Part shown: piece by piece, positions 15,157 through 23,013 of the stretch | Layout: every line of letters starts with the position of its first letter | Numbering within the stretch: the first letter of the stretch is position 1 | The notes under the pieces: model-generated | What the model was told of the DNA's origin: nothing | Seen by the model: the letters and a program-made list of their open reading frames with translations, nothing else | Databases searched by the model: none | Program-made: the position numbers and the translations under genes | IMG/VR virus record: IMGVR_UViG_3300024186_000007 | Span: 1 to 41,566 of that record | Source of the DNA: a virus | Lineage: Duplodnaviria; Caudoviricetes | DNA: 41,566 bases | Reading direction: 5' to 3' (one strand)

Positions 15157-15767
15157 TCTGCGAGCGATGCCAGATAGCATTCATGCCGAAGCGAGCGATG
15201 CAAAAGTTCTGCTCGCCCAATTGCGCCAGAGCCAACGCTAGATCTGTTTACGAGACGAAGATGCGGGCTACGGAGGTTGAACGCTTTTGGGCTAGAGTTG
15301 ATCGCAAAGGTCCGAGCGATTGCTGGGAATGGACTGGAGCTAAACTTCCGAAAGGTTATGGCCAATGCAACTGGCGTGGCCAGACAACGCAAACCCACCG
15401 CTTGGCATACGCATTAAGCAATCCACAAAATATTCCAGGCGCCAGATTGGTGCTTCATACCTGCGACAACCCTCCATGCTGCAACCCACAGCATCTGTGG
15501 TTGGGAACGGCGAAGGACAATACGGCCGATATGATGAGTAAGGGCCGTCAGAAATTCATCAGCCGTCGCACGCATTGTCCGCGTGGCCATGAATATTCGG
15601 AAGAAAACACCTTGTGGGTATGGCAGCGCCGGCGGACCTATTTGGCCAGACGATGCAAAGCGTGTCAGAGCGACAAGTTCCGCACGTATCACCAGAAGAC
15701 TAGAAAGACGCGGCTCGGGAAGATGCGCGAGTGGCGCCTCGCGAAAAAGGATGAACAGAGGATCTGA
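15153..15767 (+). CDS. HNH homing endonuclease
   Basis: RFWARVDR....CWEWTG....GYG...HRLAY...VLHTCDNPPCCNPQHLWLGT..DN; C-terminal THCPRGHEY...CKAC. Confidence 0.92.
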   Translation: MICERCQIAFMPKRAMQKFCSPNCARANARSVYETKMRATEVERFWARVDRKGPSDCWEWTGAKLPKGYGQCNWRGQTTQTHRLAYALSNPQNIPGARLVLHTCDNPPCCNPQHLWLGTAKDNTADMMSKGRQKFISRRTHCPRGHEYSEENTLWVWQRRRTYLARRCKACQSDKFRTYHQKTRKTRLGKMREWRLAKKDEQRI

Positions 15768-15769
15768 CC

Positions 15770-16621
15770 ATGAGTGACATCGTAAATACCGATCCAGTTT
15801 CCCCTGAGGCGGCCGAGCACATCCTAGGCACTGGTGATCTGTCGAAACTTACCACTCACCAGCGCGTAGAGTATTACGCCGCTGTCTGCAGGTCGATGGG
15901 TCTAAATCCCCTAACGCGTCCCTTTCGATTCATGTCGTTCCAGGGGCAAACGGTGATGTATGCGACGCGTGATTGCACCGACCAGTTACGTCAACTCCGC
16001 AAGATCAGCATAGCTATCACTGACAAGCACCTCGATGGCGATCTCTTCATTGTCACAGCTCAGGCGACAACGGCAGACGGACGGCGCGACGAGGACGTTG
16101 GAGCCGTTACCATAGGTAAGCTGATGGGCGAGGCCCGCGCTAACGCCACCATGAAAGCTATGACAAAAGCTAAGCGCCGCGTCACATTATCAATTTGTGG
16201 TCTAGGGATGCTATCTGAGGATGAGGTAGAAACCCTGCCAGGAGCGATGACGTTCGCTCACGATGCCACATCCTACCGTGACGCTGATGAACCGCATCGC
16301 GCCGTTGCAGCAGCCGCGACACGTCCCCCACGCAAGGTAGAGGAGCAGACGAAGCCGACTACCGAGCGCACGGATGGACAGTGGAAAATTTGGCTCGATA
16401 AACTCCGCGCGGCGTGCGATGTGCTCTACCGGCGTGACGAGGTAGTAGAGGTTGCGAACCGTTCCAGCGTAGGCGACGCTATCAGCACCGGCCCAGAGTG
16501 GGTGCAGCGTGAGATTGCCGCGATCCTAGCCGATAACTACGCGCGGTTCCCGGCGGAGGATGAGACGGGCGATCTGCCGGAGGTCGAGATCGCGGGCGCT
16601 GAGAAAATGGCGTCGGGCTGA
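15770..16621 (+). CDS. RecT/Bet-like single-strand annealing protein
   Basis: VCRSMGLNPL...MKAMTKAKRRVTLSICGLG motifs; position in the PL operon. Confidence 0.65.
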   Translation: MSDIVNTDPVSPEAAEHILGTGDLSKLTTHQRVEYYAAVCRSMGLNPLTRPFRFMSFQGQTVMYATRDCTDQLRQLRKISIAITDKHLDGDLFIVTAQATTADGRRDEDVGAVTIGKLMGEARANATMKAMTKAKRRVTLSICGLGMLSEDEVETLPGAMTFAHDATSYRDADEPHRAVAAAATRPPRKVEEQTKPTTERTDGQWKIWLDKLRAACDVLYRRDEVVEVANRSSVGDAISTGPEWVQREIAAILADNYARFPAEDETGDLPEVEIAGAEKMASG

Positions 16622-16626
16622 GGCTC

Positions 16627-16725
16627 ATGGAGCGCTTCTGGCGCTTGGTGGCGATGGTCTTCCTGATGGGTAGCGTCACGGCCCTGGTGGCCTGGATGCT
16701 GCTCTCGGTCCCGATCCAGCATTAG
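16627..16725 (+). CDS. 32-aa single-TM peptide
   Basis: GAGG RBS; MERFWRLVAMVFLMGSVTALVAWMLLSVPIQH*; below the ORF-track cutoff. Confidence 0.5.
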   Translation: MERFWRLVAMVFLMGSVTALVAWMLLSVPIQH

Positions 16726-16973
16726 CCGTCCGGCGGTGGCGTAGGCGGCCTGGCCGCAAGCAGTAGGGCGAGGATACCGGCCAGGGCCTCTGTGAAGATC
16801 GCTGACGCGCGAGCGCCAAGGTCAGCGCAGGCGCCGAGCGGATACGCCTTCTGGTAGATCAACACGACGCACGTCAGCACCGCGATGCTCACCCATAGGC
16901 ATTGCAGCAGCAGCACGATACCGAACAAATAGAAGCACGCGCGCAGCATCGGGAACGGCGGGCGGCGCGCCAC
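16722..16973 (-). CDS. Small membrane protein (holin candidate)
   Basis: Hydrophobic segments; last gene of the minus-strand late region. Confidence 0.6.
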   Translation of the reverse strand: MARRPPFPMLRACFYLFGIVLLLQCLWVSIAVLTCVVLIYQKAYPLGACADLGARASAIFTEALAGILALLLAARPPTPPPDG

Positions 16974-16974
16974 A

Positions 16975-18942
16975 TCAATCTTCGCCGATGCCGATAGTCT
17001 CGAGGATCTCCCGCATGCGCGACCAGGCGATGCGCTCGCTGCGCCGCCGATGCGGCCTCCGCGATGTCACCACCGGCGCGATTGTCCAGTTATCTCCGAC
17101 CGTCATGCCCTTGGTGCTGACCAGCCGGCGCATCTCGCCGTCGAGCCAGTTGTAAGCATCGTGCAGCCCCGGCACTTCCAGGCCGGCATGGATCGCTTGG
17201 GCGAGCGCGGCGCGCTGGTAGCTCTGATAGGTGAGGTCGGTAACGCTGGGCGCGAGGTGGTCATTGTCCGCCACATCGGCGCCCCAGTCGTATGTGAGGA
17301 TGTTGAGGTCCGCCGCCTCGCCCCAGCTCAGGCATTTGGTGCCATACACCGCCCGATTGACGGCGTGGTCGGCAGGCTTCGGCCTCGACGCGATATCCCA
17401 GCACAACTGATCGTCGCTGTCGCCCAGCGTCATCGTCTCGCTGTCTATCGTCACCTGCATGCCGGGCCGGAACCGCTGCACGTATTTGAGGATGAGCGTG
17501 TCGCTTGTCTTGGTCATGGCCGCAGCGAGGATCGAGGCATTCTGCAACCGCATGTGATACGGGCTGCACCTGGCGCGGCACCAGCCGGAGGTGGCCGAGG
17601 CTCTGTCTATACACGAGTGTATCAGCCACTCGGCAGGCTCGACCCACTCCTCGCGCCATGACGCGATCCACGCCGCGGTCAGGTCCACCATCCCTTGCTG
17701 CCACACATGGTCGCCGGACTTCGACGGATCGAGCTCTGTCGTCTGGCCGCCCTCCACGATGGAATGAAACACATAACAATAGGGATCGCTGCTATTCGCC
17801 ATCCGGTCCTCGACATAGCCACGATGCACATCGAGCCAGTGCAGCCAGTAGCTCTGAGGCAGCAGCCAGGACGGCACGACGGCCGGCGTTGCAGCCACGC
17901 ACTCGGCAATCGCGCGCGTGGGCCACGCCCAGTAGCGGCCCATGACCATGCAGCGGCTGTCTGCCGGTAGCGACAACTGCTGGTAATTCGTGACGAACTG
18001 CATCGCCTCGAGGTGGTAGGGATCGCCCGTGAGCAGGAACGGGATGTAGCTCATCGACGGCAGATGGCCCTGGTCCGTGCGCAGCGGCGATGGGCCTTTG
18101 GCGATGTAGGGCGTGCCCTCGCTGGCGCTGTACATGTTGGCTGATGGCCAGTCGTTGATGATGTCACCGGGCGCTGGGGCGAGCGTGTCTGGATCGCGCA
18201 CGATGCAGGCGTAACCGTTGATCGCCTCGGCCTGGTTGCGCCATGCGGTCTCCGGTGCGCCGCGCACGAGATACTGCGCCTGCCATCCCGTGATGATGCC
18301 GAGACCGGGATAGCCGCCTGTCGATCCCATGTTCTGCGGCATCCCGCAGGTGGCCATGGGTGTGTACGGGTTCACCGTGAGGATCGGGCCGGTCGCCAGG
18401 CCGGTGGTGTTGAGGTGCGGGATGAGGTTCTGCGCGCTGAGCTGCGCGTAGGTGCGACGCACCGGACGCGGAGCCGACTGCCAGCGCCAGCGGCCGAACC
18501 AGTAGTGCCCGCTGGGCGCCTCCACAGTGGCTGTGGTGCCGTCGCGGCGGGTGATGGTGCAGGTGTAGGCCGGCAGGTTCGCTGCCTCTGCTGTGGCCCG
18601 TGGCTGGCCGTGCTCGAATACCCACTCCTCGCGGTCGCCGCTCCTGTCGGGGCGGTAGAATACCAGCATATGCGGCAGGCCAGGATTGGTGCAGACGATG
18701 TTGTCCTGCACGAAGTGGCCATCGGGGTCGGTGTAGCTGTCGAGCGGCTGGCCGTCGCTGGCGATGAACACGTAGTCGGTGCCGGTAATGGTGATCGTAG
18801 CGCGCGCCTCGCCAGGCTCCGGTGGCGGCTCTTCCGGGTCCGGTGGATCCGGCGGGCTGGGCTCCTCGGCCGGCACGAACAGCCGCTGCGTCTCGGCGGT
18901 CTCGAATACGATGATGTGCGGATAGGTCGGCGGGTCAGCCAT
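16975..18942 (-). CDS. Large hypothetical protein, possibly a carbohydrate-active alpha/alpha-barrel
   Basis: 655 aa, Trp/Tyr-rich, GHLPSMSYIPFLLTGDPYHLEAMQF motif; function is inference only. Confidence 0.8.
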   Translation of the reverse strand: MADPPTYPHIIVFETAETQRLFVPAEEPSPPDPPDPEEPPPEPGEARATITITGTDYVFIASDGQPLDSYTDPDGHFVQDNIVCTNPGLPHMLVFYRPDRSGDREEWVFEHGQPRATAEAANLPAYTCTITRRDGTTATVEAPSGHYWFGRWRWQSAPRPVRRTYAQLSAQNLIPHLNTTGLATGPILTVNPYTPMATCGMPQNMGSTGGYPGLGIITGWQAQYLVRGAPETAWRNQAEAINGYACIVRDPDTLAPAPGDIINDWPSANMYSASEGTPYIAKGPSPLRTDQGHLPSMSYIPFLLTGDPYHLEAMQFVTNYQQLSLPADSRCMVMGRYWAWPTRAIAECVAATPAVVPSWLLPQSYWLHWLDVHRGYVEDRMANSSDPYCYVFHSIVEGGQTTELDPSKSGDHVWQQGMVDLTAAWIASWREEWVEPAEWLIHSCIDRASATSGWCRARCSPYHMRLQNASILAAAMTKTSDTLILKYVQRFRPGMQVTIDSETMTLGDSDDQLCWDIASRPKPADHAVNRAVYGTKCLSWGEAADLNILTYDWGADVADNDHLAPSVTDLTYQSYQRAALAQAIHAGLEVPGLHDAYNWLDGEMRRLVSTKGMTVGDNWTIAPVVTSRRPHRRRSERIAWSRMREILETIGIGED

Positions 18943-19003
18943 GCGCGTTTCCCTGCATTATTTGTGTTGACACAGCCGACACCGATCTTGCACAGATAGG
19001 TGC

Positions 19004-19132
19004 ATGGCAAGGCTTAATGTCGTATTGACGGATCCGCAGCGCGCTTGGCTTGAGAAGGCCGCAGCGCGGCTTGGCCTATCGGTAGGCGAGTTCCTCAGAC
19101 GGCTGATCGATCAGGCGCGGGAGGCGAAGTAA
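19004..19132 (+). CDS. Ribbon-helix-helix (Arc/CopG-like) regulator, 42 aa
   Basis: MARLNVVLTDPQRAWLEKAAARLGLSVGEFLRRLIDQAREAK*; TTGACA upstream; below the ORF-track cutoff. Confidence 0.8.
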   Translation: MARLNVVLTDPQRAWLEKAAARLGLSVGEFLRRLIDQAREAK

Positions 19133-19330
19133 TTGGATGACATGCCAACGCGTGTTGCGGTGCTGGAGCAGATCGCCCGCAGCACGGATGCAGCGCTGGG
19201 CGAAATCCGCTCCGACGTGCGCGAGATACGCACCGAGATGCGCTCGCAGTTCCGCTGGCTGCTCGGCACCATCATCGTGGTGCTGATGGCACAGGCTGCA
19301 CTGTGGCTGCGGATCGGCGCATTGCACTAG
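19133..19330 (+). CDS. Coiled-coil protein with C-terminal TM helix
   Basis: RVAVLEQ...EIRSDVREIRTEMRSQFRWLLGTIIVVL; start TTG 19133 or ATG 19142. Confidence 0.7.
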   Translation: MDDMPTRVAVLEQIARSTDAALGEIRSDVREIRTEMRSQFRWLLGTIIVVLMAQAALWLRIGALH

Positions 19331-19396
19331 AGCGTTCAGCGGCGCAGCGCTTTGGATGACACACGCGCCGCATCATCACATTGAAAGACACAGACT

Positions 19397-19633
19397 ATGG
19401 TTAGACTAGCACTCGCCGCGGCACTCCTGCTCGCGGCAACGCCCGCCTTCGCTCAGAACTGGACGCAGCGGCAGATGGGCAGCACCACGTACTACGACAG
19501 CGACAATGGCTGGAGCGGCACCGGACGCCGGATGGGCAGCACATACTACCAGGACTTCAGCGGCCCGAACGGGCAGATGAAGAGCTGCACCTCAAGGCAG
19601 ATGGGCAGCACGGTCTACACCGACTGCAACTGA
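19397..19633 (+). CDS. Small secreted protein with three RxMGST repeats
   Basis: Signal peptide ...ATPAFA; RQMGSTTYYD / RRMGSTYYQD / RQMGSTVYTD; two Cys. Confidence 0.8.
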   Translation: MVRLALAAALLLAATPAFAQNWTQRQMGSTTYYDSDNGWSGTGRRMGSTYYQDFSGPNGQMKSCTSRQMGSTVYTDCN

Positions 19634-19634
19634 G

Positions 19635-19802
19635 ATGAGCGACGAGGACACCGCATCGTCAAGGACGGTGCATCCGCTGTTCCGGGCCATTCTGGAGGCC
19701 CACGGCGCACCGAAGCCGCAGCGGGATTACCCGTTCTGCGACACCGCCAAATGCCCCTGGTGGCGCGGCTACTGCTCGCGTGACCCGGCCTGCAACGACT
19801 GA
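19635..19802 (+). CDS. 55-aa Cys-rich protein
   Basis: MSDEDTASSRTVHPLFRAILEAHG...YPFCDTAKCPWWRGYCSRDPACND*. Confidence 0.55.
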   Translation: MSDEDTASSRTVHPLFRAILEAHGAPKPQRDYPFCDTAKCPWWRGYCSRDPACND

Positions 19803-19810
19803 AAGGACAG

Positions 19811-19828
19811 CGCCGGCTTCGGCCGGCG
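19811..19828. terminator. GC-rich hairpin, possible terminator or processing site
   Basis: CGCCGGC-TTCG-GCCGGCG perfect stem with a UUCG loop; no clear U tract. Confidence 0.4.
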
Positions 19829-19852
19829 TCACCTCCGCTTTAGGACACTGAC

Positions 19853-20161
19853 ATGGAACTTATGATTGGCGCCGGCCTTGCGCTCGCGCTGCTGTACTTT
19901 TGGCTTATGGCCCATTGGTTTGCCCGCGTGGTCGTGTTTCTGCTGCTCGGCGCAGTGCTGACGGTAATAATCACCGCGAGCATCGGCTGGGGCGTCTACG
20001 ACGGCCGTGCGCCAGGGGAGATTGTTCTCCCGATAGCGGCAGTGGCCTTCGGCATGGCGTGGCTGCTCGCCAGCTTGCCCATCTACTACTGGCGGCACGT
20101 CATTGGCGCAGCGGGTGCTGTGACAGCAGCTCCGCATCGCGGGCAGCAGCGAGTTCATTGA
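19853..20161 (+). CDS. Three-TM membrane protein (superinfection-exclusion candidate)
   Basis: AGGA RBS; three hydrophobic helices; convergent with and overlapping the last ejection gene. Confidence 0.7.
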   Translation: MELMIGAGLALALLYFWLMAHWFARVVVFLLLGAVLTVIITASIGWGVYDGRAPGEIVLPIAAVAFGMAWLLASLPIYYWRHVIGAAGAVTAAPHRGQQRVH

Positions 20162-23012
20162 CCTTCTGCTGCGCCCGAGCCGCCTGGGCTGCCACCCGCG
20201 CCGGGCGGGTGGCCTGAAATGTGCCAAGTGCCGCATTCGCTGCCAGTGCCAGAGGGTTGGCGGCGTAGGCCGTATAGGCCAGCGCACTGTGAGCCAAGCC
20301 GCCGGCGGCATGCCGGGCTACTGTTCCCAACACAGTCGGCGATTTGGCCGCGCCAGCCGTGAACAACTGATAACTGTCGGAGCCAGCAACCTTCGCCTGC
20401 TCGTCTCGCAGTTGCTTGGCCGCAAGCTCGTTCCGTACGTTGACGATGTTCTGGATCTGCTCGTCCGTCAGCGACTTCGCCAGGGTGTTCTTGCTGTCGG
20501 TCAACCCCTTGTGGATGTCCTCCAGCATCTGCTCGACTTTTCGCAACACCAGCTTGCCGTTGCTGCCGACGATGTTTTTCGCACCTTCGAAATAGCGCTG
20601 GAGGAACCGCTGCTGGTTCACCGGCTGCGATGCCTCGCGGTAAGCGTCCCGGTATGCCTGGTAATTATCCGCACCTGACTGGATGCGCTCGTCGAGCCGA
20701 TTGGCGATGTCGCGCAGAATAAACTGTGACACCTGCGCGTCCGAGCCTTCGACATCCTTTGGCCGCTCGGCTTTGTTCAATAGGTCGTCTATATGCCGCC
20801 GCGCGCCGTAGAGCTGCGAAGGCCGGTCCTCAAGGGTTCCATCCCGTTTGTACAGGCGCTGCAGGACGCTCTTCACCGACCGCTCGACGGCACCACGCTT
20901 GCCCTCGGGGCTGTCGAGCAGCTTCTGCATGTAGCTGACATCCGACGAGACATTGACGGGCCGCTCGTTCTCGAATGCGCCGAACTGCTCGGGCGCCACC
21001 TCCCGCCTGCTGGTCCGGAGCGCATCGAGCGTATTGCCGTCGCCGGCATCCTGGCGCAGCAGATCAGTCATTCCGTTGTGCCGCGTCGTCTCGTTGGCGT
21101 CATACTGCGCGCGATAAGCCTGCCCCTCCGAATCAGCGTAGCGACGCTTATGATCGAGTGCGACCTGTGGATCGAAGTTACGCTCTGGCAGCATGCGCGC
21201 CGGCAGTTGTCCACCAGGGACGTTCGTCACATACGCAGTATCGTCCACCAGCGCAGTGCCGGCTCGTTCTCGCGCTGGCTGGTCAATCGACTTGCGCAGG
21301 TTGGTCGCGCGCTGGACATCTGTGTATTCCGGCGCCGCGCCACTGGGTGTTGCCGCCGCGCCAGCAGACCTGGGTGTAGGTGCCTCGGCTTCGGTGAGTT
21401 CTGGCGGTGCTGCGCGTGGCGTCTCAGCCGGTCGCGGCGTGATCCGCAGTCCTTCACGCCCTGTAGCGTCATTGGCGATCCAGGCGTCTCCCCACCGCTG
21501 GCCTTGTGCGTCAGTCAGCATGCCGTTTTTGATGTCGGTGATCGGCACCGTCTTGCGCCCACCATCGGTTACAAGCTCGACCGTGTGCCCGGCGTCCAGG
21601 GCCTGCTGCGCTTCGGCCACCAGGGCGTCGCCGCCCTTGGTCATGTCGTAGCCACCGCCCTCAGCCTCGCCTGCTTTCTGTATCCAGTTCCGGTCGAGGA
21701 AGGTCGGGCCTGGCGCTGCTTGCTGCACCGCAGGCGACACGGATGGCGGCGCTTGCGTTGTGTCTTGCGGGCGATTGAGTGCATTGCCTCCAGCGCCGAC
21801 CGGAGGCTCTTCCGGCGGAATGCGGCTCATCGCCTCGCGGATGTCTTGCATCGTGATGGGACGGTTAAGGGCATTACGTGCTGCGGCTGCCGTGCTCGGC
21901 CCACGCACCGCTGCTCCTGTTTCTCCTGTCGGAAACGCCTCGGGCGCAGCCGCCAGTTCGCGGCCAAGCGATCCGGGTGTGAGCTGACCGCTTAGTGAGC
22001 GCCCGCCACCGAGCGGGATAGACACGCCAGGCGGCAACGCAGGCAGCGAGACATCGGGGGTCGCCTCCTGCACGAACTGCTGACCGCCCCTGAACAGGCC
22101 AGAGACGCCGCCGGCCAGTGGATTGACAATGTATCGCCCAAGCTCCACCCCACCAGGCGCCCATTTTTCCACCATCTTGGCGGTGTCTGTGCCCTGATAC
22201 CCACCGTAGCCTTCGGCGACCGCCGATCCCACCCGCTCCAATGACGTAGGGGACTGGACCCTGGCCTGCTGCTCGGGCGTTAGCTTCTCCGGCAATCCCA
22301 GCAGTGTCTTCAGAGTGGGGTTGGCCGACGTGTCACCGTAGGGCGGGATATAAATGCCCTCTGGCGTATAGGTGCCCTTGGGTGGCTCCTCCGGCTTCAC
22401 GGGTGGGCCGGTCAGTCCGGGCGCAGACGGTGCGCCAAGCTCCTCAGTGACCTGCTGTTTCGTCGGGTCGTCCTGCGGCTTGGCAGACGGCTTGGCCGAG
22501 GAGCCACTACCCAGTTCGGTATTCACCAGGTCAAGCGTCGGGTCGGCCTGTGGCTGCGCCTGTGCCGGCGCTGGCTTGCGCGACGGCGTGTTGTAGTCAG
22601 GTGTCGGCGCGGTTGTCTGCGGCCCACCGCCCTGGTAGCCGAGCTGTCCGCTGAAAGTCTGCGCCCGCCCGCCGACCAGCCGGGCGTAGTTGGGATTGAC
22701 CGTGTTGTAACCGCTGGCGACCAGCGCCCCCGGCTGCTGGTCAGCCGGCACCTTTGCCACACCGCTATAGCGTGGCGTCTGCATCAGGCTGACGAAAGCC
22801 TGGCCAGCAGCAGATGCATCGGGATAGCTGGCGACCACCTGTCTGCCGTTGATGACGGGAGAGATGCCGAACAGGTTGTTGCCTTTGACGCGGGTGCCGC
22901 CGCCGGTTTCGATGTCGATGATGCCAAGCACCACCGCAGGATTGAGACCCGTCTGCTGCGCGATGTCATTCGCCAGCGGCGTGTAGGTCGCCAGGAAGTC
23001 GTTGCTGGCCAT
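20100..23012 (-). CDS. Large DNA-ejection protein (gp16 position) with N-terminal GH73/FlgJ-like peptidoglycan hydrolase domain
   Basis: N-terminal IDIETGGG..NNLFGI...ASYPD...PRY...GYNT..PNYA; the rest is low-complexity and helical; third of three consecutive ejection-type genes. Confidence 0.78.
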   Translation of the reverse strand: MASNDFLATYTPLANDIAQQTGLNPAVVLGIIDIETGGGTRVKGNNLFGISPVINGRQVVASYPDASAAGQAFVSLMQTPRYSGVAKVPADQQPGALVASGYNTVNPNYARLVGGRAQTFSGQLGYQGGGPQTTAPTPDYNTPSRKPAPAQAQPQADPTLDLVNTELGSGSSAKPSAKPQDDPTKQQVTEELGAPSAPGLTGPPVKPEEPPKGTYTPEGIYIPPYGDTSANPTLKTLLGLPEKLTPEQQARVQSPTSLERVGSAVAEGYGGYQGTDTAKMVEKWAPGGVELGRYIVNPLAGGVSGLFRGGQQFVQEATPDVSLPALPPGVSIPLGGGRSLSGQLTPGSLGRELAAAPEAFPTGETGAAVRGPSTAAAARNALNRPITMQDIREAMSRIPPEEPPVGAGGNALNRPQDTTQAPPSVSPAVQQAAPGPTFLDRNWIQKAGEAEGGGYDMTKGGDALVAEAQQALDAGHTVELVTDGGRKTVPITDIKNGMLTDAQGQRWGDAWIANDATGREGLRITPRPAETPRAAPPELTEAEAPTPRSAGAAATPSGAAPEYTDVQRATNLRKSIDQPARERAGTALVDDTAYVTNVPGGQLPARMLPERNFDPQVALDHKRRYADSEGQAYRAQYDANETTRHNGMTDLLRQDAGDGNTLDALRTSRREVAPEQFGAFENERPVNVSSDVSYMQKLLDSPEGKRGAVERSVKSVLQRLYKRDGTLEDRPSQLYGARRHIDDLLNKAERPKDVEGSDAQVSQFILRDIANRLDERIQSGADNYQAYRDAYREASQPVNQQRFLQRYFEGAKNIVGSNGKLVLRKVEQMLEDIHKGLTDSKNTLAKSLTDEQIQNIVNVRNELAAKQLRDEQAKVAGSDSYQLFTAGAAKSPTVLGTVARHAAGGLAHSALAYTAYAANPLALAANAALGTFQATRPARVAAQAARAQQKVNELAAARDAELLSQHPLRQ

Positions 23013-23013
23013 C

